Shown: positions 21,335 to 32,485, numbered from the stretch's first letter. The stretch is DNA of 64,000 nucleotides from Vulcanimicrobiota bacterium (GCA_963733295.1 CAVTCS010000003.1:1408001-1472000); one strand, 5' to 3'. The notes: generated by a model from the sequence alone, not told the origin. Translations and numbers: made by a program.

Positions 21335-22141
21335 CTACCTGCGCTCGAGGTCCCGTCCGGCGGCCGCTTCCCGGCACGGGAGGCGCCGGGCTAGCAGCTG
21401 GCGCGCGACGAGCGCACAGAAGACCGCGTTGCCCCCGACGTAGCGCCGCCACAATCGACGCGGCTCGACGCACAGGCGGTACAACCACTCGAGCCCGGCG
21501 CGCTGCATCCAGCGCGGTGCGCGATTGACGATTCCCGCCACCAACTCAAAACTGACGCCAATCCCCAGCGAAACCGGGACGGCGGTCCGCTCGCCGTTCC
21601 GGTACATCCAATATTCTTGCTTCGGTGCGCCCAGGCCGACGAATAGCAGATCCGGCCGCGCCGCTTGGACCGCGGACAATATCCTCGCGTCCTCGGATGG
21701 GTCTTTCTCAAAGCCGAACGGCGGACAATACGTTCCGCAAATCTCGAGCTTCGGGTGGCGACCGCGGAGCGTCGCGGCTGCCGCATCGGCGGCCCCATTC
21801 CGGCCACCGAGTAAGAACACGCGTAAGCCTCGCCTTGCGGCTTCCGCCGCGAGCACTTCGAACAAGTCCGTGCCGTTGACGCGCTCGGGCAAAGGGGTTC
21901 CGAGCAATCTTGCCGCCCACAGCAACGGCACCCCGTCGGGCACGCTCAGAAACGCGCCGGCGTAGACCTCCCGTAGCAAGTCGTCGCTTTGAAAGAGCAC
22001 GACGTGATGCGCGTTCGGAGTAACGACGTACCCCGGTTCGCCACGAGCGGCGGCGTGCGCGACGATCGCATCGACGACCGAATCGAAGCTCAGCGCATCG
22101 ATGCCGACACCCGCGATCCTAACCCTGTGACGAGGTTCCAA
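21335..22141 (-). CDS. WecB/TagA/CpsF family glycosyltransferase (start uncertain)
   Basis: VVTPN, DGVP, RVNGTDL, LFVGLGAPKQE, RAPRWMQRAGLEWLYRL..EPRRLWRRY. Confidence 0.93.
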   Translation of the reverse strand: MEPRHRVRIAGVGIDALSFDSVVDAIVAHAAARGEPGYVVTPNAHHVVLFQSDDLLREVYAGAFLSVPDGVPLLWAARLLGTPLPERVNGTDLFEVLAAEAARRGLRVFLLGGRNGAADAAAATLRGRHPKLEICGTYCPPFGFEKDPSEDARILSAVQAARPDLLFVGLGAPKQEYWMYRNGERTAVPVSLGIGVSFELVAGIVNRAPRWMQRAGLEWLYRLCVEPRRLWRRYVGGNAVFCALVARQLLARRLPCREAAAGRDLERR

Positions 22142-22277
22142 CGTTTTCAGGAGACGACGATTCTTGCTCGTGCGGCGGCGAGCCTTGCTTTCGGCAGCCC
22201 GTGTGACCTCGTGCCGGGGAGGCAGCGATTGGCTCCGGCGACGCCGAACGTAACGGAGCTTGGTTAAGGCTCCTCGG

Positions 22278-23604
22278 ATGGTAAAGACGAAGGCGCGAGC
22301 GGGCGAGGATCGCCTCGATCTTTGGCTCATCTACGCTATGCTCTCGCTGACGCTGCTCAGCGGTTTTCAAAGCAAAGACGGGGTCGACCTAGCGAACTCT
22401 CAACTCAATGAGATCTGCTGGGGCGCCGCCTATCTCATCGCAGCTGCGCGCCTGGTGACGCTGCGCAGCCGGCTGCGGGCTCTCCTCTCAGGCTCCGCGC
22501 CGCTCTTCATTTTCCTCGCGTTGTGCCTTTTTTCAACGCTGTGGTCGGTCCAGCCCGAGATCACTTTCAAGAATTCGCTCGAGCTCGATCGGTACCACGA
22601 TCGTCGCCGTTTACATCGTGGCCCGCCTCAGGCTCGCCGAGTTCCTCAAGGTTTTGATGTTCTTCTTTACGGCGAGCGCGCTCGTGAGCTTGTTCCTGAT
22701 CTTCGCCTCACCCGGCCGCGGACGCATGTTTTGGGGCAGCGGTTCGTGGGAGGGCATTTACGCCGAAAAGAATGCGCTCGGCGCGGCGATGGCCCTGGCA
22801 ATCGTCGTCTTCCTCATCTATTTGCTCCGGCGCGGCGTGAAGTCCAAACTCTGGGCAGCCGGCGGACTCGTTCTCTGCACGACGCTTCTCATCGGCTCCA
22901 ATTCCGAAACGGCCTTGCTCGATTGCATCGCCGTTCTTGGCATCGGCCTGGTCACGATCGCATGCACCTCACCTATGTACGGCGGCTTCGCACGGCTGGC
23001 TGCCATCGTTACGGGCGCCCTCGGGTTCGCCGGCGCGGCATGGACCGGTTTTAACTCGGAAACTCTTTATGCGCTCCTTGGCCGAAGCGATACCTTGACG
23101 GGACGCGCGGATTTTTGGCCGGTTCTCGTCGAGGCGATCGGCGCCCGCCCGTTTTTGGGCTACGGATATGACGCCTTCTTCCGCTCGAGCGTTTCGCAAG
23201 ATTACCTTAGCTTCTATGTCGTTGAAGCCGGCGGCTGGTCGCCGTACCACGCGCATAACAGCTTTCTGCAGGTTTGCCTCGATACCGGGTACGTCGGCCT
23301 CTGCTCGCTGCTGCTCTTGACCCTCGCAGGCTTCATCCGCGCGATCAAGCTCTACCTACGCGAGCGCGATATCGTTAACTTGTGGCCTCTGCTGCTGATC
23401 TTATTCCTCGTACTCGGCAGCTACACCGAGACCTACCTGGGCAGCTTCAATACGCTCGAATGGATTCTCTTCGTCGCGGCGTTCCTTTACCCGGTTCGAG
23501 CGAGCGCAGCGAGTTCGAGCGGACCTCAGCCCGGAAAAAAGCGCGCACGCCCGGCGCTTGCGCCGATGCGTGAATCGGAGATCGGCATCGGGTTGCGCGG
23601 CTAA
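22278..23604 (+). CDS. O-antigen ligase/Wzy (ExoQ-like) polymerase (apparent +1 frameshift near 22587)
   Basis: STLWS, WEGIYAEKNALG, TLTGR..FW, RPFLGYGY, HAHN motifs; many TM helices. Confidence 0.85.
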
Positions 23605-23611
23605 GCTTCAG

Positions 23612-24604
23612 CTAGCGCGCCGTCTCCTGGCGCGGTCGCGCGCGGCCGTACGCGTTGTAGGTGAAACCGAAGAGTCCCGCCATGGCTCCGAGCCCGAGGG
23701 CGACGTTGCAGAGCGCTGCGACCGCGCCGCGGCGCCCGCGCAAGAGCGTGAAGGGAACGAGCGTCGCGGAACCCAGCACGACCCGCGCGTAGGCCTTGAT
23801 GCCGCGCATCGCGAGTCTTCTGCGACCACCCATATGCCGGTCGCAAAGCGAGAGAGTATTGCCGCGCCGGAAGTTCAACTTCAAGACGTAGGTAACGGTC
23901 GAACGCTCGGCTCCAAGCGACTCCTCCGCCACCGCGTAGCGCGCGTAGGCGAGCTTGGCGCCGCGCGCGTGGAGTTGGCGAAAAAACAGCAAATCCTCGC
24001 CGCCCGCGAAATTGAACGCAGGATCGAAGGCGAGTCGCAAGCTTTCGATCGAGTCCACTCGCATGAGACAGTTCCCGCTGTAGCCGTCGACGATGAAGTC
24101 GCCGTCGGGATGGATCGGGAGGTTGAAAAAATGGCCACGCTGCAGCCAGGCAGGCGCCTGCGCGGGCAAGAGTTGCAGCACCGGGCCGACCACGGCGTCG
24201 GCTCCCGTCGCCGCCTGCACTCGCAGCAACTCGACGAGCCATTCCCGACACGGCACTTCATCGTCGTCGATCATCGCGAGGAAATCGAACCCGTCGCGTG
24301 CGCGAGTGAGCGCAATATTCCGTACCGAAGAAAGCCCTGGTTCGGCGACGTGCGCGTAAGAGAGTTTTAGGGGAAAGTCGTGGCTCCTGCGTTCGACCAA
24401 TTCGCGCACGGAGGGCACCGTATCGTTGTCCAACACAAGGACTTCGACGTCGCAGGCTGCAGGGGGCGCGAGCTCCACAAGCTTGCCGAGCAAGCGCTCG
24501 AGCAATGCCGGACGGCGAAAAGTTGGAATCGCGATGCAAACGCGAAGCGCATTCCGCCCCGCTGCACCGGATTGCCCCGTGCTGCAAACGTCCAGGTTAC
24601 CCAT
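23612..24604 (-). CDS. GT2 glycosyltransferase (ExoM-like)
   Basis: IAIPTFRRP, VLDND, MIDDDE, GGED. Confidence 0.9.
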   Translation of the reverse strand: MGNLDVCSTGQSGAAGRNALRVCIAIPTFRRPALLERLLGKLVELAPPAACDVEVLVLDNDTVPSVRELVERRSHDFPLKLSYAHVAEPGLSSVRNIALTRARDGFDFLAMIDDDEVPCREWLVELLRVQAATGADAVVGPVLQLLPAQAPAWLQRGHFFNLPIHPDGDFIVDGYSGNCLMRVDSIESLRLAFDPAFNFAGGEDLLFFRQLHARGAKLAYARYAVAEESLGAERSTVTYVLKLNFRRGNTLSLCDRHMGGRRRLAMRGIKAYARVVLGSATLVPFTLLRGRRGAVAALCNVALGLGAMAGLFGFTYNAYGRARPRQETAR

Positions 24605-25625
24605 CGTAGCGCAGATCGAGGCCTGCGCGCGCGACGCGTCGTTCCCAGGAACGCTGCCGGGTCAAACGGTTATAGGCTTGGATCGTCCGGCGCGCGGGAG
24701 CGATCAAATTCACGCCGGTCTTTGCGAAGACCGAGCCGAGCCGGCCCTTCGCGTTTCGGCGGAGTTTCGGAGGACCGACTTCCTCCCGCAAGCGACGTGC
24801 GTGTCCTTCAAAGCCGTACACGAGGAAGCTCAAGTAGAGCGAACGGATGACGCTTTCGCGCAGCCGGTGCCTTTCACTCGGCGTAAGTTGCGGACCAAGT
24901 TCCTGGACAAGGCTCAGCTCGGCATCTCGCGCGCGCTCGTAGTCTTTCAAGATCGCGCGATACTTGCCCGCCATCGATTGGCGATACACCGCGAGCCTGC
25001 GACCTGTCGGATAGATGGGGAACTCTCGGCTGGCCCTCAGGATGAAATCGTAGTCTTCGTGATAGTGCGCCGTATTGAAGTTACCGACGGCCTCGAAAAT
25101 TCGGCGGTCGAACAGGCACAGGCTCGGCATCAGAAAGTCATCGCCGTCGAGCAGCAAATCGAAAGCGTTACCCGAATGCCGGTAGATCGGCCCGAGGTGC
25201 AGGAACCTCCCCCGGTCGTCCACGGCGTAGTGCGAACTGTAGCCGATCGCTATCGGCTCGGGAGCGCGCTGCAGCACCGCGATTTCGGTCGCGATCTTTT
25301 CGGGGAACCAGCGGTCGTCACTGTCCAGGAACGCGACGTACCGGCCGCTCGCGCGCGCGAGCGCCGCGTTCCGCGCGGCCGCCGTCCCGGCATTCGCCTG
25401 TCGCAAAACGTGCAATCGCGAGTCGTCGATTGTCGCAAGTCGCGCTTGCGTTCCGTCCGACGAACCGTCGTCGACCACCCACACTTCGAGTTCCCGATGC
25501 GTCTGGCGCAGCGCCGAGCGCACGGCGCCGAGAATGAGCCGTTCGCCCTGATAAACCGGAATGATGACCGAGACGAGCGGTTCGCTCGCCGGGGGCGCCT
25601 CCGCGAGGGATCCGGTAACGCTCAC
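24597..25625 (-). CDS. GT2 glycosyltransferase
   Basis: VSVIIP, VDDGSSD, AARN, FLDSDD, EDYD; GTG start overlaps the flippase stop. Confidence 0.9.
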   Translation of the reverse strand: MSVTGSLAEAPPASEPLVSVIIPVYQGERLILGAVRSALRQTHRELEVWVVDDGSSDGTQARLATIDDSRLHVLRQANAGTAAARNAALARASGRYVAFLDSDDRWFPEKIATEIAVLQRAPEPIAIGYSSHYAVDDRGRFLHLGPIYRHSGNAFDLLLDGDDFLMPSLCLFDRRIFEAVGNFNTAHYHEDYDFILRASREFPIYPTGRRLAVYRQSMAGKYRAILKDYERARDAELSLVQELGPQLTPSERHRLRESVIRSLYLSFLVYGFEGHARRLREEVGPPKLRRNAKGRLGSVFAKTGVNLIAPARRTIQAYNRLTRQRSWERRVARAGLDLRYDG

Positions 25626-27055
25626 GGCAGTGTCTGCGGGCCCGGATTCAACAACGTCCCGGCATAGGCGCGAATGCCGCGCAGGTGCAGGGCTGCGATC
25701 GCTCCAGCGTAGACGACTGCGCCGGCTACGATAGCGAGAGCGATTCCAAGGAAGGTCGGCTGCCGTGCGATGAGCTCGACCGCGCCCACCATCAGAGCCG
25801 TGGCCGAAGTGATTTTGAGCAAGCTGCCCAGCGGAATCGGTACGTGCATGAGCCGCCGAGCCCAGAAGACGCTCAAGACGAGCCCGATGGCTTCGGCCGC
25901 GAGCAACGCGAGCGCCGCCCCGACCACACCGTTTCGCGGGATGAGCCACAGGCTGAACCCAATCGTCAGCGCCACACGTAGAAATGCGTTGACGGCAACG
26001 GCGCGAGTCTTGAACGTAATCTCAAACGCTTGCTCGAAGTAACCGCCCCGCAGCGACGAGAGAAACATCGTTATTGCGGCGAGCGCCATGACCGCGCCCG
26101 CGTGCAGGTGAAAGCCAGGACCAAGATAGACCCGGGAAATTGGACCCGCCAGAACCACGAGTCCCGCTGCCGCCGGTAGTCCGACGGCGAACACCAGCCG
26201 TGCGTTGTTGCGCATCTGCGCCGATAGCTGATCCTCCGCGCCGTTGTCGCGGGCGCGAAAGGCGAGGGGCTGTCCGGCAAGCGTGGCGGTCCCCATCAGC
26301 AAACCGACCGTTTGCTGCGAGAAATCGTTGGCCGCAGCATAGACGCCGACGAGCGCGCTTCCACCGAACGCTTCGAGCGTAAAGCGCTGGAACGTATTCG
26401 AGAAATAGCCGACGGAGCTCGCGCTCGAGGGCCAGCCGAAGCGCCAGAACTGTCGCAGCAGGTCACGATCGAGGCGTCCTCGCAAGGCGGGTTTCCACAG
26501 ATCGATTCTGCGGAACGCCGCCAGGTTGCCGACGAAGAATCCGGCGAGAAGAGCGGCTGCTTTCCACCCGAGCATGATGAGCACGAGCGAGGCGACAAGC
26601 GTCCCGAGCACGCGCCCCATCTGAAGCAACCCAAAGCCCAAGACCTGCAAGCGCGACTGCAGGAGCGTGATATTTAGCTCGTACCAACCGCTGATGACCG
26701 CGCAACCCGCCGCGAGCAACGTCAGCGGCCATCCCACGCTCGGATCGTAGATACGGAGGACGAGAACGATAACGGCCGACACCCCGAGCGACAAGGCGCC
26801 GAAAGCCACGCCGATCGTCGCGAGCAGATTCGGTTCTGCCTCCGACGAAGCGGTCGCGACCATCCGCAGGGCGGCCACGCGAAGCCACGAGTATCCGACG
26901 AGTCCGATTGCGTACGAGGTACTCAAGAGGAGCGCGTAGATGCCGAAACTGCCCGGGTCGAGGAGCCGAGTATAAATTGCGATGCCGGCAAAAGCGATGG
27001 CAGCGGGAAGGATTCTCCCGATGATGTAAGCCAGCCAGTTCTTAAAAATTTGCAT
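25622..27055 (-). CDS. wzx: Wzx-type polysaccharide flippase
   Basis: YTRLL..FGIY, about 12-14 TM segments, VGVYAAA; EPS context. Confidence 0.85.
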   Translation of the reverse strand: MQIFKNWLAYIIGRILPAAIAFAGIAIYTRLLDPGSFGIYALLLSTSYAIGLVGYSWLRVAALRMVATASSEAEPNLLATIGVAFGALSLGVSAVIVLVLRIYDPSVGWPLTLLAAGCAVISGWYELNITLLQSRLQVLGFGLLQMGRVLGTLVASLVLIMLGWKAAALLAGFFVGNLAAFRRIDLWKPALRGRLDRDLLRQFWRFGWPSSASSVGYFSNTFQRFTLEAFGGSALVGVYAAANDFSQQTVGLLMGTATLAGQPLAFRARDNGAEDQLSAQMRNNARLVFAVGLPAAAGLVVLAGPISRVYLGPGFHLHAGAVMALAAITMFLSSLRGGYFEQAFEITFKTRAVAVNAFLRVALTIGFSLWLIPRNGVVGAALALLAAEAIGLVLSVFWARRLMHVPIPLGSLLKITSATALMVGAVELIARQPTFLGIALAIVAGAVVYAGAIAALHLRGIRAYAGTLLNPGPQTLP

Positions 27056-27065
27056 CAGGCGCCGC

Positions 27066-27911
27066 TCAGCCGGCGAGCTGCGCTTCCAGCCAGCGCTCAA
27101 GCAGGTCGCAAGTGGTTACGAAGTCGCCCAACTTAATCTCGGCAACCGCGACGCCCGCGCGTTCCAGTTGTTCGCTGCGAAAGCCGTCCCCGAACGCAAA
27201 CGATCCGGCCCGTTCGAGCGAAGGATACTCAGATACGTGGCCATCGAGCTTGAGGACCGCTCGAAGGCGCCCGGCCTCCGCCCAGGGAGAGGTGCCTTTG
27301 ACCGCAAGCGACGGATCGACCGCATAGAACGCGATGTCGTGCGGGGTCGAATACCACGGGGACGCCTCGACTGCTCGCCGATAGGTCAGTGGGAACTCGT
27401 CCGCGGAGGACAGCGTAACGTAGAGCGACTTGCGCGTCGCGAACACGGTCAAATCGGTAAGATCCACGAGCGCGTAGTCGCCGCCCAAAAGACGCCAGCC
27501 GCGGGTGTGCAAATGCGCAGCAAGCGTAATGCACGATTCCCAATCGTCGCCGACGAAGGCGACGGCCCGTCCGTCGCGTTCGATCACCGCCGCCCGCACG
27601 ACGTTCAAGCGGGTCGATTCCGCGATATCGGAGACGAGCGACGAGATGACCGCTCCCGCAACTTGTGGCAGAGCGCTTCTCGAGCTCAGAATCTTCCGGC
27701 TCGACTCCGAACTACCGGTTATGCGCCACGAGACCTCATCGCTGGAGACCTCGACGTTGACGCGCATCGCGGCCGAGTCCGGCAGCGTGCGCGCGTGGAA
27801 CAGAACCTGATGCAAGATCGAGATGACCGAACGGGGTGCGCGAATCGTGGCGTCCGCCCCGGCAATCTTCACCGAAAGCGAATCTAAGCCGGTCGGTCCT
27901 AGCGTCTGCAT
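27066..27911 (-). CDS. HprK-related kinase-like protein with degenerate P-loop
   Basis: RAAVIERDGRAVAFVGDDWESCITLA..GWRLLGGDYALVD aligns with the HprK-like kinase core. Confidence 0.6.
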   Translation of the reverse strand: MQTLGPTGLDSLSVKIAGADATIRAPRSVISILHQVLFHARTLPDSAAMRVNVEVSSDEVSWRITGSSESSRKILSSRSALPQVAGAVISSLVSDIAESTRLNVVRAAVIERDGRAVAFVGDDWESCITLAAHLHTRGWRLLGGDYALVDLTDLTVFATRKSLYVTLSSADEFPLTYRRAVEASPWYSTPHDIAFYAVDPSLAVKGTSPWAEAGRLRAVLKLDGHVSEYPSLERAGSFAFGDGFRSEQLERAGVAVAEIKLGDFVTTCDLLERWLEAQLAG

Positions 27912-27920
27912 GCGTCCACG

Positions 27921-28893
27921 CTATGCGAACGCAAGACGGTCTTCGCGGAACCACCGGTACGTCGCGCTCAATCCATCCTCGAGAGAGGTTGAGGCCGACC
28001 ATCCCAAGCTGTGAGCGAGCGCGAGATCGGGGCGCCGGCGCTGTGGATCCTGTTCGCGTGCAGGGAGGTGAATCGGCTCGTATTCCACGTGGGCGATCGA
28101 AGCGAGCGTCCGAGCGATTTCGTCGACGCTGCGCTCGTCGTCGCTCCCGACGTTGACCGGTGAGAGCTTCGCTTGCTCGCGTTCCATGACGATCCGCATG
28201 AGCGCTATCGCGTCGCTTACGTACGTCATCGAACGCGTCTGCTGTCCCGTTCCGTGGATGGGCATGCGCCGTCCGGTCTGCACCGCCTCGATCAAGGCCG
28301 GAATCAGGCGCCCGTCGCTTTCGGCCATTCCCGGCCCGTAGCAGTTGAAAAACCGCACGATCCGGCCGTTGAGACCGCGCGATCTGACGGCAGCGGCGAC
28401 GGCGGCTTCGCCGAAGCGCTTTCCTTCATCGTATTGGCTGCGCGGGCCGATCGGGTCGACGTTTCCAAAGTAACTCTCGGGCTGCGGATGAACGAGCGGG
28501 TCGCCGTAGACCTCCGAGGTGGAAGCGAACAGAAAGCGCGCCGAATGTTCGAGCGCGACCTCGATGAGCGCCATCGTGCCGAGCCCGTTCACCGCGAGCG
28601 TTCCCCAAGGATCGGCTCCGTACGCTTCCGGACTGGCGGGCGACGCCAGGTGATAGATGCGGCTCGAGCTTTCCTTTCACGGCCTTCGCGACAACCTCGC
28701 TAAGACGCTCGGCCGGCATCGCGACGTCGGCGTACACGAACGTCGCGCGTCCCGAAGAAAGCGCGTGTTCGAGATTTCGCACGTGCCCGGTAGAGAGGTT
28801 GTCGATGATGACGACCCGACCACCCTCGTCGACCAGCGCGTTCACCAAGTGGCTGCCGAGAAAACCCGCGCCGCCGGTCACCAAGGAGAGCAT
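27921..28893 (-). CDS. NAD-dependent epimerase/dehydratase, UDP-glucuronate decarboxylase-like (apparent +1 frameshift near 28662)
   Basis: TGGAGFLG, IYHLASPASP, STSEVYGDP..HPQ.E.Y.GNV, YDEGKR. Confidence 0.9.
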
Positions 28894-28910
28894 GTAGTTG
28901 TGGACCCCCT

Positions 28911-29813
28911 CTAGTCTCCGGTTGAAAACGATGCGATGGAGCGTTGCAGTCTGTGTCCCAGCGCGTTCTGCTGCTCGCGTGCGGCGACCAACGCCGGGGA
29001 CTTCTGACCGTAGTGCGTCACCGCGTCGTGAGCCCATTTGGCTACCTGCGCGACTTGCGTTTGGAAGCCGCCGAGATCCGGACCAGCCGCCACTACCGTT
29101 CCCGCGTCCGAAGAACCGTTGAGCATGAGGAGCATGCCGGCACAGAGGACGGAGGTGACGAGGGCGCGCGCGGGCTTTCTTCCGACTTTGCGAGGCCGAG
29201 CGGGCGCGGTCAGCTCTTGCCGAGGACGATTTCGCTCGAACTCGTCGATCGCGCCGGCGTCCGTGGCAACGACTCCGATAACGTTGCCACGGAAGTGTTC
29301 GACCATGCGCACCATCATCTCGTCCTCGTCGCTGGACGGCCGGCCGACTCGTACCGTCAGCAAGATGCCGTCGACGAGCTGCGTGAGCGCCATCGCCGAG
29401 TTGCTGCTCAAGTACGTTCCCGAGTCGACGATCGCGTAGTCGTAGTCGGAGCGCAACGATTCGACAAAGGCCGCTAAGCCTTCACGCGAAACCGCGTTGT
29501 CGCATTCCGGCGGCAACTCCATTATCGTAACGTGACCCTGCGGGTTAGGCTCGGGCACTACGCCATCGGAATTTCCGGTGCCGGAGCGATTCTCGTTCAC
29601 GAGCGCCGCGCGATGACCCGATTTCGCAAAGCACCGGGCGAGCGAGTCTGCCGTCAAGGTCTTACCGTCACCGAGATGAGCCGAGGTGACCAGCAGGACC
29701 GCGGGCTTCTTCAACTCCGCTTCGACGCGCGAGCGGAGAAGTTGAACCTGCGAGTTGACGGGTGCTTCGACTTCGGTCAGGTCTTGGGGTTCGCTGTCCT
29801 TGTGTTTGTTCAT
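28911..29813 (-). CDS. CpsD/CapB-like tyrosine kinase domain protein (split Wzc)
   Basis: LLVTSAHLGDGKT Walker A, YDYAIVDS Walker B. Confidence 0.75.
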   Translation of the reverse strand: MNKHKDSEPQDLTEVEAPVNSQVQLLRSRVEAELKKPAVLLVTSAHLGDGKTLTADSLARCFAKSGHRAALVNENRSGTGNSDGVVPEPNPQGHVTIMELPPECDNAVSREGLAAFVESLRSDYDYAIVDSGTYLSSNSAMALTQLVDGILLTVRVGRPSSDEDEMMVRMVEHFRGNVIGVVATDAGAIDEFERNRPRQELTAPARPRKVGRKPARALVTSVLCAGMLLMLNGSSDAGTVVAAGPDLGGFQTQVAQVAKWAHDAVTHYGQKSPALVAAREQQNALGHRLQRSIASFSTGD

Positions 29814-31156
29814 CGGTTCTTCCCTAACGTAGCGACGACCGGCAAGCCGTAGAGGCTCTCGATTTGAGCCTGACGGCGCAGGCGCGGATTGAGCTGTTCG
29901 GCGAGGAATGCGCTTCCGAGCGCGAGCAGGAGGCTTACCAGAGCGAAGACGGCGACAATACGCCGCTCACCGATCGCAAGGAGCGCCTGGGAGGGTATCG
30001 CTCGGTCGACAACAACGACCGATCCGAGCGAGAGCGCGTCCGCGCGATCCGCCAGAGACTGCGCGCGGCGAGAGGCGATCGTGCGGTATTCCGCAAGAGC
30101 CGCGTCGCGCTGCAGCCGCAGGAGTTCGAGCGAAACGGGCTCGGACAGCTGGTGCTGCTGACGCGCGATCTCGTCGCTTAGTGCCGAAACCTTCGCGCGA
30201 TCCGCCACGACGAGCGCTTCGGCCTTGCGCTGATCGGCGATAGCCGCGACGACCGAAGGACTGAAGGCGTGGGGATTGGAGAGCGCGTGGTCGACTTCTT
30301 GAGAAGCCGCCGCGTTCAGGCTGTCGACCTTCGCTTGAAGCGCAGGGAGACCCGGATAGCGGTCGGTATACTGGGCGCGAACGTCGGCCAACGCCGCCGA
30401 TTCTTTCGCTGCGCCGGTCACCAGGGTTTGGTAGTACGGATCGTTTTGCAAGATCTCTCGCCGGGCGATCTGTGCGCGGGTCTGCGCGTCGACGGCGATT
30501 GCCTGCGCCGAGGCGGCATCTCCTTGGAGATTCGCGTTGGCGAGAGCCCGTTGCGTTTCGAGTTCGTTCACCTGGTCCACGAGCGTTCCGATCGCTTTGT
30601 CATCGGTCGTCGACGTCTGGACCGCTCCCGAGGCCTTCAAACGAGCATCGATGTCTTGGATCCTGGTCGATTGCTTTGCGAGTTCGCTGTCGAGCGAATT
30701 CAAGTCGTTGTCGTAGCGAACCGTCGACAGCTGGTTGTAGTAGTGAGCGAGCTCGTCGGCAACGCCGTTGGCTACGGTCGCGGCAAACTGCGGGCTGGGG
30801 TCCGAATATTCGATCCGCATGATGCTCGACTTGAAAGGTGGAGACTTGGCCGTTATGCTGTTCTTCATCGCCTGAAGCGTCACGCTCAGACCCAGGTTGT
30901 GCCGGACCTGCTCGAGCACGACGGTGCTCGTCGCGATCGACGGAAGGTCGGGAGACGACAGCGTCGGGTCGTTTCGCGAGTTGCCGTTCACGACGAGGAC
31001 GTTCGCGCTCGCTTTATACGAGCGCGGGATCTTATCGATGAAGAACAGCGAGGCCAGCATCAGCACGAAGAAGACGCCGACGACGAGCCAACGATGCCGG
31101 TAGACGGCTTCGGAGGCGTCTTTGAGACTGGCGGTAGCGGCTTGAACGTAAGTCAT
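29810..31156 (-). CDS. Polysaccharide co-polymerase / chain-length regulator (Wzc N-terminal, GumC-like)
   Basis: TM, P.SY.A.A.V.V, coiled coil with YTDRYP, VVVDRA.P, C-terminal TM. Confidence 0.85.
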   Translation of the reverse strand: MTYVQAATASLKDASEAVYRHRWLVVGVFFVLMLASLFFIDKIPRSYKASANVLVVNGNSRNDPTLSSPDLPSIATSTVVLEQVRHNLGLSVTLQAMKNSITAKSPPFKSSIMRIEYSDPSPQFAATVANGVADELAHYYNQLSTVRYDNDLNSLDSELAKQSTRIQDIDARLKASGAVQTSTTDDKAIGTLVDQVNELETQRALANANLQGDAASAQAIAVDAQTRAQIARREILQNDPYYQTLVTGAAKESAALADVRAQYTDRYPGLPALQAKVDSLNAAASQEVDHALSNPHAFSPSVVAAIADQRKAEALVVADRAKVSALSDEIARQQHQLSEPVSLELLRLQRDAALAEYRTIASRRAQSLADRADALSLGSVVVVDRAIPSQALLAIGERRIVAVFALVSLLLALGSAFLAEQLNPRLRRQAQIESLYGLPVVATLGKNR

Positions 31157-31168
31157 AGTTTCTCCCGT

Positions 31169-32485
31169 CTACAGGGCCGAGGCGTACGAAAGGCGAGCGT
31201 GAGCCGGCATCGCGGTCCGGCCGATTCCACGATAGACTAAACCCGCGGACGCGACGCGCCGGGGGTCCAGCACGTTGCAACCGTCGATGACGGTCCTCCG
31301 CCGCAATGAGTGCGCGAACAAGAGCGGATCGATCAGCGCGAACTCGGGCCAATCCGTCAAGACGACCAGAGCGTCCGCGTCGGCTGCTTCGATGGCGGAC
31401 CGCACGAGACGGCTTCCGGGCGGCAGCGGCGCGAGATGCACGGCCGGATCGTAAGCAGTAACGGTCGCGCCGCGCAGCGCCAGTTCTTCGACGATTCGAA
31501 GCGCGAGCGAACTGCGGATGTCGTCGGTCCCCGCCTTGAAGGCGAGACCCCAGACGCCGATCATCGTGCCGTCCAGGTTGCCGATCTCTTGCGCCAACGC
31601 TTCGACGACGCGCATGGGCTGGAGCTCGTTGGCGCGCAGCGTCGCCGAAAACAACTCACGACTCGAGTCGAGTTTCGTCGCGACGTGACGGATGCTCTTG
31701 ACGTCTTTCTCAAAACAAGGGCCACCGAAACCGATGCCGGGGCGCAGGAAGTCCGGTCCGATTCGCGGGTCGTACCCGATGCCGCGCAGCACGTCGTCGG
31801 AGTTTGCACCGAGGGCATCGCAGAGGTTCGCGACTTCGTTGGCATAGGTGACTTTCATCGCGAGGAAGGCGTTGGAACAGCACTTCACGAGTTCGGCGTT
31901 GCAGAGTGAGGTGAAGATGACGGGCTTCTGCAAGGCTTCGAAGAGACGCACGTACGGAACGCCGATCGACGACTTACGCGCACCGACGACGATCCGGGAG
32001 GGATTCAGGAAGTCCCGAACGGCGGAGCCTTCGCGCAAAAACTCCGGAGCGTAGACGAGTTCGCCCCATTTTTCCACGAAGGGCACGAACGCGTCGCAAG
32101 TACCGGGTGGCACCGTCGAACGCACGACGATCGTCGGCCAGGCCGCAAAGTTCACGCCCGCAAGTTCGGTCAGCGCGTTGTCGAGCGCCGAGAGATCTGC
32201 AGAGCCGTCGTCGCGCGAGGGCGTACCCACCGCGACGAGCACGATCTCGGCGCTGCGCGCAGCTTCGTCGAGCGAGTTGAAGAAATGCATCCGCCCGTTG
32301 TCGACGTGTTTTTTGAGGGCTTCCTGGAGACCGTCCTCGCGATAGGGCGGCGTTCCCGCCCTCAGCCGCTCGATGCGCTCCGGAGCGATGTCGTAGCCGT
32401 GCACGGTCCATCCCAGCTCGGCGAGGCCGATCATGCAAGCCATCCCGACGTACCCGGTCCCGATAATGCAAATCGGTCGATTCAT
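31169..32485 (-). CDS. ugd: UDP-glucose 6-dehydrogenase
   Basis: GTGYVG, VGTP, PEFLREG, GFGGPCF, GLAFKAGTDDIR. Confidence 0.93.
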   Translation of the reverse strand: MNRPICIIGTGYVGMACMIGLAELGWTVHGYDIAPERIERLRAGTPPYREDGLQEALKKHVDNGRMHFFNSLDEAARSAEIVLVAVGTPSRDDGSADLSALDNALTELAGVNFAAWPTIVVRSTVPPGTCDAFVPFVEKWGELVYAPEFLREGSAVRDFLNPSRIVVGARKSSIGVPYVRLFEALQKPVIFTSLCNAELVKCCSNAFLAMKVTYANEVANLCDALGANSDDVLRGIGYDPRIGPDFLRPGIGFGGPCFEKDVKSIRHVATKLDSSRELFSATLRANELQPMRVVEALAQEIGNLDGTMIGVWGLAFKAGTDDIRSSLALRIVEELALRGATVTAYDPAVHLAPLPPGSRLVRSAIEAADADALVVLTDWPEFALIDPLLFAHSLRRRTVIDGCNVLDPRRVASAGLVYRGIGRTAMPAHARLSYASAL

